DNA of 24,000 nt from Melioribacteraceae bacterium (lineage in GTDB: Bacteria > Bacteroidota > Ignavibacteria > Ignavibacteriales > Melioribacteraceae): assembly GCA_963675055.2 (NCBI GenBank), contig CAXXJE010000002.1:456483-480482 (forward strand), read 5' to 3'. Below are positions 1 to 8,229 of this stretch, one piece after another (the stretch's first letter is position 1; every line of letters starts with the position of its first letter). Made by a program: the position numbers and the translations under genes. The notes beneath the pieces are model-generated. The model was given only the letters and a program-made list of their open reading frames with translations, made no database searches and was not told where the DNA came from.

Positions 1-168
1 CCCGCGAAGGTTTATTACACCTTTAATATATCCGGGCATTTGAGGTATGCGTGTAACCGAATTGTACTCCAGAATTTCGCGCACCTGAAGAACATCCAAT
101 GCAAAGATGTCTTTGCTTAGTTCGAATGCCAGATAAGATTTTACTTCACCAGCTAAATTATCACTCAT
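1..168 (-). CDS. cheW: CheW-like coupling protein, N-terminal 56 codons only (gene runs off the left window edge)
   Basis: Missing from the ORF track because the window edge truncates it. Reverse-strand translation from the ATG at 168..166 gives MSDNLAGEVKSYLAFELSKDIFALDVLQVREILEYNSVTRIPQMPGYIKGVINLRG, a typical CheW-domain opening ending in the INLRG motif. It lies 37 nt downstream of cheA on the same strand. Confidence 0.8.
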   Translation of the reverse strand, partial: MSDNLAGEVKSYLAFELSKDIFALDVLQVREILEYNSVTRIPQMPGYIKGVINLRG

Positions 169-205
169 TTTATTTCCCTCTTTATAGTCTTCAATAAATT
201 TTATT

Positions 206-2227
206 TTAAACCTGTATATCAGTTAATTCAAATTCCTTCCGCTCTGCAGATTTGATAACTGTTGGAATATCAAGTATTAATGCCAGCGTACCATTTCCCA
301 AAATCGTAAGTCCCGATAATCCGTCAACATCTTTTATAAATTTGCCAAGGGATTTGATAACCGTCTGATGTTCCCCTATAATTTCATCAACAAGGAATCC
401 TGTTTTTGAATCATTCTCATTAACAACTACAACCTGTTGAATTTCGGGAGCCTCCCCTTTGACACTGAATTGATCGCGAAGTGAAATATATGGGAGCAGA
501 TCGCCATGCGAGTTAAGAAGCAGACTTTTACCGTTAGCCTCTGCAATATCCTCATTAGTCAATTCGACACACTCTTCAACATACGAAAGCGGCACTATAA
601 AATACTCATCGGAGACTTTAACAAGCAGGCCATCGATAATGGCAAGCGTTAACGGGAGTTTCAATTTTATTGCCGTACCCTCGCCGGGTTTACTATCCAC
701 ATCAATAGAGCCCCTGAGTGAATCTATCACTTTTGAAACAACATCCATTCCGACACCCCTACCGGAAAGATTAGTGACTTTTGCTGCAGTTGAAAATCCG
801 GCTTCAAATATCATCCTGAAAATTGTTTTATCATCCGGTTCATCCTGTACTGAAATCAGGTTACGTTCAATTGCTTTCTTTCGTATCGCATCTACATTAA
901 GTCCCGCACCGTCATCCTGCACTGTAATTATCACGTTCGCCCCGGAATGTTCGGCTTTAATAAGAACTTTACCTGCTTCACTCTTTCCTTTTGCTATTCT
1001 ATTTTCCGGATCTTCTATACCATGGTCAATACAATTTCGAATAATATGAACAAGCGGATCATGGAGATGTTCTATCATATTTTTATCGAGTTCTGTTTCA
1101 CCGCCTTCAGTTTCAAATACAACATTTTTACCAAGGTCACGGGATAGATCACGGACAAGCCTGTTAAACTGATTAAATGTACTTCCGATAGGGACCATTT
1201 TTAAATTCAGAGCGTTATCTCTCAGACTCCATGTCAACCTTTCAACCTCTTCAGCTATCGACATCAGTATCGGATCTTTCCTGCCGATGGATGTCTGAGT
1301 AAGATGCCCCTGCACTGTTACAAGCTCACCAACAAGATTTACGAGTACATCAAGTTTTTCAGAATCTACTTTGATCCGGCCCTTTGAATAGCTTGCGGAA
1401 TCCGCAGCTTTACGTACTGATGATTTCCCTGTTTCAATTTCCGAAGACTTTTTATTCTCCATATTGTCCTTTGCGGAATTATCCTGAACCACTTCCTCAC
1501 TTTCAACAACAGTCTCACCTGAATCCGGACTTTTACCAATCTTTTCTATTTCAACTTTACTTTCATCATCCAGGAAAATAAAAACATCTTTTACCGCATC
1601 CATTCCCGCGTCAGTAGACAGGATAATTTCCCAATCTATAAATACTTTCTCAGGATCTATTACATCAATCGTTGGAATCTTGTCGGAATTAGCAGTGATT
1701 TTAATTTCACCAAGTTCCTTTAATTCCTCTATAAGAAATACAGGATTCGTGCCGCTGAAGAAAATTTCTGGATTCGGCGAAAACTTAATTTTATAAGTTT
1801 CCATATTACCTTTTGCGATTTCTGCGTGAACCGGTGCTTCTTCTTTTATATCCTCATCAGCAATCGAGTTTAAGATAGCAGCAAATTTATTTTTAATCTG
1901 CTCAACCTTATCATGCTCCTCCTTATCCTTCAGCATTAACTTAATCTGATCCACGGCTTCAAGCGTGAGATCAATTATTTCCCTGGTAATTTTAATTTCT
2001 CCGTTACGAATGCTTTCGAATAAGTTTTCTATATCGTGAGTAAACCCGGCAATATTATCAATACCGAACATACTGCTGGATCCTTTAATAGTATGCAAAG
2101 CCCTGAATGCCTCGCCAACAATGTTCATATCGTCGATCGACTCTTCAAGGTCCAGGAGGCATCGTTCAACCGTCTGGATCAATTCTTCCGCTTCCTCATA
2201 GAAAAGATTTAAGTGTTCCGATTTCAT
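206..2227 (-). CDS. cheA: Chemotaxis histidine kinase CheA
   Basis: 673 aa. Has an HPt motif (ALHTIKGSS), N box (HIIRNCIDHGIE), G1 box (QDDGAGL), G2 box (SGRGVGMDVV) and a C-terminal CheW-like domain. Its start overlaps the cheY stop by 4 nt (ATGA at 2224-2227). Confidence 0.95.
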   Translation of the reverse strand: MKSEHLNLFYEEAEELIQTVERCLLDLEESIDDMNIVGEAFRALHTIKGSSSMFGIDNIAGFTHDIENLFESIRNGEIKITREIIDLTLEAVDQIKLMLKDKEEHDKVEQIKNKFAAILNSIADEDIKEEAPVHAEIAKGNMETYKIKFSPNPEIFFSGTNPVFLIEELKELGEIKITANSDKIPTIDVIDPEKVFIDWEIILSTDAGMDAVKDVFIFLDDESKVEIEKIGKSPDSGETVVESEEVVQDNSAKDNMENKKSSEIETGKSSVRKAADSASYSKGRIKVDSEKLDVLVNLVGELVTVQGHLTQTSIGRKDPILMSIAEEVERLTWSLRDNALNLKMVPIGSTFNQFNRLVRDLSRDLGKNVVFETEGGETELDKNMIEHLHDPLVHIIRNCIDHGIEDPENRIAKGKSEAGKVLIKAEHSGANVIITVQDDGAGLNVDAIRKKAIERNLISVQDEPDDKTIFRMIFEAGFSTAAKVTNLSGRGVGMDVVSKVIDSLRGSIDVDSKPGEGTAIKLKLPLTLAIIDGLLVKVSDEYFIVPLSYVEECVELTNEDIAEANGKSLLLNSHGDLLPYISLRDQFSVKGEAPEIQQVVVVNENDSKTGFLVDEIIGEHQTVIKSLGKFIKDVDGLSGLTILGNGTLALILDIPTVIKSAERKEFELTDIQV

Positions 2228-2589
2228 TTCAATACCTTGCTGGTTACTCCAAGCAGCTGCTCAGGTTTAAATGGTTTTACAATCCATCCGGTTGCGCCGG
2301 CTTTTTTACCTTCCATTTTTTTACTGTCCTGTGATTCGGTAGTAAGCATAATTATCGGGATAAAACGATGTCTGGCATCGAGCCTCAACCGCTTAATTAG
2401 TTCAATACCGTCCATCACCGGCATATTCAGATCGGTTACAACCATTTGCACCGGCGAGCTTGCAATTTTATTAAGTGCATCTTCCCCGTTTGCGGCTTCA
2501 ACTACATCGTAGCCTGCATCCCGAAGAGTAAAACTTACTACCTGTCTCACACTCGATGAGTCATCTACAGTAAGTATTCTCTTTTTCAT
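2224..2589 (-). CDS. cheY: CheY-like single-domain response regulator
   Basis: 121 aa receiver domain. Acidic pocket in ILTVDDSSS, phospho-acceptor in VVTDLNMPVMDG, conserved T in LTTES and K in IVKPF. Translationally coupled to cheA. Confidence 0.88.
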   Translation of the reverse strand: MKKRILTVDDSSSVRQVVSFTLRDAGYDVVEAANGEDALNKIASSPVQMVVTDLNMPVMDGIELIKRLRLDARHRFIPIIMLTTESQDSKKMEGKKAGATGWIVKPFKPEQLLGVTSKVLK

Positions 2590-2607
2590 TTACAGCTCCC
2601 TGTGTAT

Positions 2608-2892
2608 TTACAGTACATTTCCGAATCCGGATAATTGTACTGCTGCATTAAATACATCATTACTTTTTATTATTTGAAATTTTTTTTTATTTTCTTCGGC
2701 GTACTTCCCGGCTGATATAAGCAACTGCAGATATATTAAATCAAAATCTTCAGCCTCGCTGTGGTCTACGCTTATCGAATCGTTTTCCGAAATAAAAGTC
2801 ATCAGTGTGTCTTTAAGTTCGGCAGCTCTCTGAATCGATAAATCTCCGTCAAGTTTAAGTACTCCTTTTTCGATTTTCTTTTTTCTTGGCAT
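2608..2892 (-). CDS. Small STAS-domain-like protein (anti-sigma-factor-antagonist fold) in the chemosensory operon
   Basis: 94 aa. The pattern LKLDGDLSIQRAAELKDTL...DFDLIYLQLLISAGKYAEENKKKFQI...LSGF resembles SpoIIAA/STAS proteins. It sits 17-18 nt from both neighbours. Assigned by motif pattern only. Confidence 0.45.
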   Translation of the reverse strand: MPRKKKIEKGVLKLDGDLSIQRAAELKDTLMTFISENDSISVDHSEAEDFDLIYLQLLISAGKYAEENKKKFQIIKSNDVFNAAVQLSGFGNVL

Positions 2893-2909
2893 TTTAATTC
2901 CGTTTTTAT

Positions 2910-4697
2910 CTAAAACAGTTCTACGTTGTCTCCAAACTCACCCGGATCATCATCGGAATTGTAATCAGATGAATCCGGTGAATTACCTAAATCATATTCA
3001 TCGCCATCAATAAAGTCATGTGTTTCTCTCTCACTATCCATTGTATATTTATTCCGGAGATCTCCTGAACTCCGTGACTTCATATGAGCTACGGATGCAG
3101 GATCAATATTATTTAGGATAGAATCCAGACTTTCCTGCACCAGGTCAAACTCTGCTTCCGATGCCTGTGCAAACTCACGTAACTCATCGGCCTCAATCGA
3201 ATCTTTTTTAACGCTTTCAATGTCCGTATCAGCATGTTCAACTATCTGAAAGACCTTAGTGTGTGTATCTCCAAGTTCCGTAAAAAGATTATTCAATCGT
3301 GCCCTAAGTGAATTATCGGACAATTTCCCAACTTTTTGAGCGCTTTCCGTAAGTGAATCATTAAACGATCCGATATCAGTACGGATGTGTTTGAATTTGT
3401 CCGAAAGTGAATTGGTTTGTTCTTTTGCATTGACCGAAAGTGTCTGAATATTTTGGGCAAGTATTCCAAGTGAAGCCCCGTCGTTACCCAGTCTTACCGC
3501 TTTAATCTGCGAATTAAGTGATATTAACTCGATCTCATCACCAATTTCCTCAACTTCCTGAACAAAGTCCGACAATTCTTCGATCATCTCGTTAACCTGC
3601 TCAATCATTTTAATCAGCTCGGAATCACCGGATGCGTTCTCGGTAAGAATATCGATCGTGTTTTTTAATTTTTCCCTGGCATTTTCCAATGAGGAATCAT
3701 CGCTATTCTCGTTGTTATTGAGCAATTCCCTTATCATTCTAATAAGATTATCAGTCATTTCTGAAACATTGGTCACTTCGGTAACCAGTTGTTCAGTTGC
3801 GCGTAAAAACTGTGATTTTGTATTGGTAAGCTGAGCTTTCTGGAGTTTCACTATGTGATAAATCTCACCTGTAATTTCTTCCCGGCTCAGATTCCTGTTC
3901 ACATCCTCGTCGAATAATGCTTCGAGAGCCTCAATTATATGATCTATCTGCTGCCTGGAAATATCCTGGTACTGGAGGGATTGGACAATATCTCCGAGTA
4001 TTTCGGAAATCCTGCCTGAATACATTGCAATCTCATCAGTATTTCTCTTTGCCAGAGCAAATTTTTTGTTTAGCAGATCAGCGCCTAATCCGGCCTTTTC
4101 CATAATTCTGCCGGAAATGTCTCTTGTATTTTTTGTTACATCAACGGAATTGCGGTTAATTTTATTGATTACATTAAACAGTGCATTCAGCCTCTGGAGA
4201 ATTTGTTTTACCTTCTCGTCAATCCCGTTTGAAAGGTTTTCAACATTCTGTGCCAGGTTATCGAACCCATTATCTATATCATTTATTCTCGCGCTTTCAA
4301 TTTTAGTTGATAAACCGAGAACTCTAAGTCTTTTTACGAAGCGATTAAAATTCCCAAGTTCATTAAGTACTTCCTGAAGTTGATTTGAGATACGCTGCAT
4401 AGTACTTGTATTAGCATTCACTTCAGTGTCACTTACTGATAAAATATCTTTTACATTATTGATAACCTCATCGAGATCATCAATGCTCTTGTGTATTTCG
4501 GGAGAAGCAACAATCGTTGAGGCTTCCTTAACGGAAGAAAGAATGTTCCTGGTGCGGCTGTACGACCCGTTTAATATCTGTCCGAATTTTAGAAATTTAC
4601 CTTCCGTTGTATCCTGTATTGCACTTAGTGTACTTACAGCCTTTTGTATTGTTGTTTTGGCAGAAGTGTGAAGACTGTTATCTGTTTCGAAATTCAT
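2910..4697 (-). CDS. Soluble methyl-accepting-chemotaxis-protein-like receptor with two signalling-tip motifs (DosM-like)
   Basis: 595 aa, coiled-coil-like, with no hydrophobic TM segment. There are two copies of the MCP hairpin-tip pattern (compare LALNAAIEAARAGExGRGFAVVAxEVRxLA). Copy 1 is aa 124-156, LRVLGLSTKIESARINDIDNGFDNLAQNVENLS. Copy 2 is aa 389-421, IELISLNSQIKAVRLGNDGASLGILAQNIQTLS. A QYQDISRQQ motif follows, and the C-terminal tail is very acidic. Confidence 0.65.
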   Translation of the reverse strand: MNFETDNSLHTSAKTTIQKAVSTLSAIQDTTEGKFLKFGQILNGSYSRTRNILSSVKEASTIVASPEIHKSIDDLDEVINNVKDILSVSDTEVNANTSTMQRISNQLQEVLNELGNFNRFVKRLRVLGLSTKIESARINDIDNGFDNLAQNVENLSNGIDEKVKQILQRLNALFNVINKINRNSVDVTKNTRDISGRIMEKAGLGADLLNKKFALAKRNTDEIAMYSGRISEILGDIVQSLQYQDISRQQIDHIIEALEALFDEDVNRNLSREEITGEIYHIVKLQKAQLTNTKSQFLRATEQLVTEVTNVSEMTDNLIRMIRELLNNNENSDDSSLENAREKLKNTIDILTENASGDSELIKMIEQVNEMIEELSDFVQEVEEIGDEIELISLNSQIKAVRLGNDGASLGILAQNIQTLSVNAKEQTNSLSDKFKHIRTDIGSFNDSLTESAQKVGKLSDNSLRARLNNLFTELGDTHTKVFQIVEHADTDIESVKKDSIEADELREFAQASEAEFDLVQESLDSILNNIDPASVAHMKSRSSGDLRNKYTMDSERETHDFIDGDEYDLGNSPDSSDYNSDDDPGEFGDNVELF

Positions 4698-4773
4698 TTA
4701 ATATTCTTATAATATTTATTATTTAATTATCCACAAGTCTATTTTTCACGCATTATTGCGAGAAATATTAATA

Positions 4774-4800
4774 TTATCGGAATATTTTTCCCTCTTTTTA
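4774..4800 (-). promoter_or_regulatory. Sigma-28 (FliA)-type promoter candidate for the chemosensory operon
   Basis: The minus strand reads TAAA-N15-tCCGATAA (plus strand: ttatcgg at 4774-4780 and ttta at 4797-4800, 16 nt apart). This matches the TAAA-N15-GCCGATAA consensus except for one base. It lies about 75 nt upstream of the ATG at 4697. Confidence 0.45.
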
Positions 4801-4977
4801 GCTCAAAATTTAAAATACTAATAGGTCACATCGGACTGGTTCATTTGGGTTCTTTTTCCTACTTAAATTGTTTATTCCATCCCCGGGCAAAATGGACTGC
4901 TCGATTTGCATGCAAATTGGCTGTTTCGGGGGAGCCGAATTTATACTACATTTGAACAGACAATTCGGGAAATTCAA

Positions 4978-6465
4978 ATGGTATTTATTAATCTGAACAA
5001 CGAAAGAGAGGCACCTCTTTTTCAGCAGGTTGTAGCACAGATTAAAGAGAAGATAGACAGCCGCGTACTCCAGCCGGGATTCCGTCTTCCTTCAACGAGA
5101 TCACTTGCGGATAAACTCGGGGTTAACCGAACAACTATATATAAAGCTTACCAGGAATTATGGGCTCTGGGTTATATAGAAAGCCGCTCCGGCTCGTACT
5201 CGTTCGTAAGGCAGCGCAGGAAAATTCGGCAAACGAGCAATCCCCAGCCCCAAAATATCATTGACTGGGACAATTGTATAAACGAAAATGCCGAGCGTGT
5301 TTGTAACATATTCGGCGGTATCAACTACCCGTTCAGCGAAAAGAAAATAAAATTCGACGGGATTGATCTCGGGAGGCTGCATCCCGATACAAGGTTGTAC
5401 CCGCTGAGTAAATTCAAAGCTTGTTTAAGCAAAGTTATAAATGAACAGGGTGAAGAAATTCTTAATTACGGCGATACACTGGGTTATTATCCGCTCCGCG
5501 AGTACATAGCCCACCGTCAGCAGCTTCACGGTATTCAGACAAATACAGAAGAAGTAATTATTACAAATGGTGCACAGAACGCGATTGATCTCGTACTGAA
5601 ATTGCTTGCAAAACCGGGTTCGAGGGTATTCGTTGAATCTCCGACGTACGGAATGATAATACCGACATTAAAATACTACAACTGTGAAATAGTCAGCATA
5701 CCTATGAAGGATGACGGAGTAGATATCGACACAATTGAAAGGGAGTTCGAAAAAGGATTGCCGATATTCTTATATACTATGCCGAATTTTCAGAATCCTA
5801 CGGGAATTACAACTAGTCAGGCGCACAGGGAAAAACTGCTGGCTCTTTTTGAAAAACATCGGATTCCCATCATTGAGGACGCATTTGAAGAGGAGATGAA
5901 ATACTTCGGAAAAGTTCCGCTTCCAATAAAATCAATGGATACAGGCGGAGTAGTAATATATATCGGCAGTTTTTCCAAAGTACTATTCCCCGGTATACGC
6001 AAAGGCTGGATAACAGCCGACACTGAATGCATAAAAAAGCTTGCAGCTATTAAACGCTTCAGCGATCTGACTTCGGCATTACCCGAGCAGGCAGCTCTTG
6101 CAGAGTTTTGCCGGCAGGGGCATTACGAACTACATATTAAAAAGATTCATAAGATATATCGCAGAAGAATGATGGCGGCAGTAAATGCGCTGTCCGAAAA
6201 GGTTAAGAATAAAAATATAATTTGGAACGAGCCGAACGGCGGTTATACAATATGGATGCGCCTTGCAAACACGAAAAAATCATACATTGAGATAAATGAA
6301 ATGCTTCTGGAAAACAAAGTCAGATTCGCACTTGGTAAGGATTTTTTTCACGAGAACTCGAAGAAGATATACCTTAGACTGGCAATAGCAAGTTTAAACG
6401 AGGAAGAAATCGTTGAAGGGATTGAAAGATTTTCAGCAGCGCTGAAAGAAATATATAAAAACTAA
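4978..6465 (+). CDS. MocR/GabR-type transcriptional regulator (GntR wHTH fused to a fold-type-I aminotransferase-like domain)
   Basis: N-terminal wHTH: LPSTRSLADKLGVNRTTIYKAYQELWALGYIESRSGSYSFV. C-terminal aminotransferase-like domain has NFQNPTG and a PLP-lysine motif, GSFSKVLFPGIRKGW. I prefer the ATG at 4978 (MVFINL...) to the TTG at 4906 in the ORF track, because the wHTH begins right after it. Confidence 0.85.
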   Translation: MVFINLNNEREAPLFQQVVAQIKEKIDSRVLQPGFRLPSTRSLADKLGVNRTTIYKAYQELWALGYIESRSGSYSFVRQRRKIRQTSNPQPQNIIDWDNCINENAERVCNIFGGINYPFSEKKIKFDGIDLGRLHPDTRLYPLSKFKACLSKVINEQGEEILNYGDTLGYYPLREYIAHRQQLHGIQTNTEEVIITNGAQNAIDLVLKLLAKPGSRVFVESPTYGMIIPTLKYYNCEIVSIPMKDDGVDIDTIEREFEKGLPIFLYTMPNFQNPTGITTSQAHREKLLALFEKHRIPIIEDAFEEEMKYFGKVPLPIKSMDTGGVVIYIGSFSKVLFPGIRKGWITADTECIKKLAAIKRFSDLTSALPEQAALAEFCRQGHYELHIKKIHKIYRRRMMAAVNALSEKVKNKNIIWNEPNGGYTIWMRLANTKKSYIEINEMLLENKVRFALGKDFFHENSKKIYLRLAIASLNEEEIVEGIERFSAALKEIYKN

Positions 6466-6489
6466 CAAGAATTAATCGGGGGAATTAAA

Positions 6490-7692
6490 TTGGATATAAA
6501 TAAATTACTCGCTACCAGAACAAAGCAAATAAACGCAAGTGCAATAAGAGAATTGTTAAAACTCGGTGCCAGTAAAAAACTGATTTCGCTCGGTGGCGGA
6601 CTTCCATCACCCGATAGTTTCCCGGTCGATTTGATCCCGGAACTAACTGAAAGAGTTTTAACAAAGTACGGTTCAGCCGCACTGCAATACGATATGACCG
6701 AGGGATTCATCCCATTGCGTGAAGCATTAATTGATTATCTGCTTACAAAAAAGATAAATGCAAAGTTAGAGAACGTATACATTACCAGCGGATCACAGGG
6801 ATTCCTGGATAGTATCGGTAAAATACTTGTTTCTCCGGGCGACTATGTGGCGGTTGAGGGTCCGACTTATCTTGCAGCACTTCAGGCTTTTAATGCATAC
6901 GGCGCACAATACGCAGTAATTGAAACCGATGAGGAGGGAATTATTCCCGAGTCACTTGCAAGAGTGCTTAACGAGTATCCTGTTAAGTTCATTTACACAA
7001 TACCCACTTTTCAGAATCCGTCAGGCAAAACTCTAAAGACAAAAAGAAGGCAGCGGATCGCAGATATTATTCGTGAGTATGACAAACTCCTTGTTGAAGA
7101 TGATCCCTACGGATCTTTACGCTACAAGGGCGAAGAAGAACCGCCGATTAAAATGCTGGCACCTTCTAACGTGATTTATACAAGCACCTTCTCGAAAATA
7201 TTTGCGCCAGGTATAAGGGTTGGATTTTTTGTCGCTCCGGAAGAACTCGGAAGATGGATGGTTCTTGCCAAGCAGGGAGTTGATTTGAATACATGCACAT
7301 TAAGTCAGGCTCTGGCAACCGAATATCTCACAGGAGGTTACCTGCTACCGCATATTGAGAAAGTCAAAAAGCTTTACTCACCAAAGCTCGAAACGATGCT
7401 GCAGGAATTGGAAAACAATTTTTCCGATGAATACAAATGGTCACACCCCGAAGGCGGAATGTTTCTCTGGATGGAAGGTCCGAAAGGAATCGACATGGAA
7501 GAGATTTTGAAATTGACTCTTAAGCGCAGCGTTGGATTTGTGCCCGGAAAATTCTTTTATCCCGACACTTCGGAAAGACCGGAGACTATACGTCTGAACT
7601 TTACGAACGTTGCCATTGATGAAATAAAATCGGCAATAAAAGTGATTGCCGAAGTTCTTCACGCTCACTCTGAGCGGACGATAAATCTCTAA
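6490..7692 (+). CDS. PLP-dependent aminotransferase, class I/II (2-aminoadipate/aromatic aminotransferase-like)
   Basis: 400 aa. Has INASAIRELLKL near the N-terminus, TFQNPSG, and STFSKIFAPGIRVGF (PLP-binding Lys). The TTG start is preceded by gggggaa and lies 24 nt after the MocR stop. Confidence 0.85.
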   Translation: MDINKLLATRTKQINASAIRELLKLGASKKLISLGGGLPSPDSFPVDLIPELTERVLTKYGSAALQYDMTEGFIPLREALIDYLLTKKINAKLENVYITSGSQGFLDSIGKILVSPGDYVAVEGPTYLAALQAFNAYGAQYAVIETDEEGIIPESLARVLNEYPVKFIYTIPTFQNPSGKTLKTKRRQRIADIIREYDKLLVEDDPYGSLRYKGEEEPPIKMLAPSNVIYTSTFSKIFAPGIRVGFFVAPEELGRWMVLAKQGVDLNTCTLSQALATEYLTGGYLLPHIEKVKKLYSPKLETMLQELENNFSDEYKWSHPEGGMFLWMEGPKGIDMEEILKLTLKRSVGFVPGKFFYPDTSERPETIRLNFTNVAIDEIKSAIKVIAEVLHAHSERTINL

Positions 7693-8220
7693 AAATCATT
7701 CCGCAATATCAGGAGACTTCTAAATGAACAAGGGTGTAGTATACGCACTATCGGCATATTTATTCTGGGGACTTCATCCCGTCTACTGGAAACTTCTGCG
7801 AAGTGTTCCTGCTTACGAGATAGTTATGCATCGAATAATGTGGTCGTTAGTATTCTTTGCAATTATAATTACGATTCGGCGGGACTGGAAACAGTTTTTC
7901 TCTAAACTCCGCAGCAGCACTAATAGAAAAACACTAATTATTACCGCGTTCCTGATCAGTTCCAACTGGGGTCTGTATATTTGGGCTGTGAATGCCGGCT
8001 TTATAGTTGAAACGAGTCTTGGTTACTTTATTAGCCCCCTTATCAGCGTCATTCTTGGTGTAATGTTTTTCAAAGAAAAGCTTCGTCGTGTTCAATGGAC
8101 AGCTGTTGCTCTTGCGGCTTCCGGGGTAATATACATGACGTTCATCTATGGACAGTTTCCATGGATAAGTTTATATCTTGCCGGTACTTGGGGACTTTAC
8201 GGGATGCTTCGCAAGAAAGT

Positions 8221-8229
8221 TAACTTCGG
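8221..8229. repeat. Target-site duplication, left copy (taacttcgg)
   Basis: Identical 9-mer at 8221-8229 and 9592-9600, directly abutting the IS ends. It encodes the same (V/S)NFG codons in both rarD fragments. Confidence 0.85.

Noticed and set aside
639-2512. Plus-strand ORFs in the track (639-1049, 947-1147, 1384-1581, 2107-2334, 2213-2512) antisense to cheA and cheY
   Set aside because: They lie entirely within well-supported minus-strand genes. They are low-complexity (S/P/F/I-rich) with no recognisable motifs and no ribosome-binding site, as expected for shadow ORFs. The same reasoning applies to the antisense ORFs inside the MCP-like, MocR, aminotransferase, transposase, GH97 and msrQ genes.
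2913-2927. C-terminal NVELF of the MCP-like protein as a CheR/CheB-tethering pentapeptide (NWETF-like)
   Set aside because: It lacks the essential aromatic residue at position 2 (Val instead of Trp), and no cheR or cheB is visible in the window. The resemblance is probably coincidental within an acidic tail.
4833-4899. GGACTG hexamer repeated 61 bp apart upstream of the MocR gene as a MocR-type direct-repeat operator
   Set aside because: A single hexamer pair in a 280-bp region is within chance expectation, and no extended similarity surrounds the copies.
4906-4977. TTG-initiated 24-codon N-terminal extension of the MocR regulator
   Set aside because: The extension (MHANWLFRGSRIYTTFEQTIREIQ) precedes the point where GntR wHTH domains normally begin. 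An ATG at 4978 gives a standard N-terminus.
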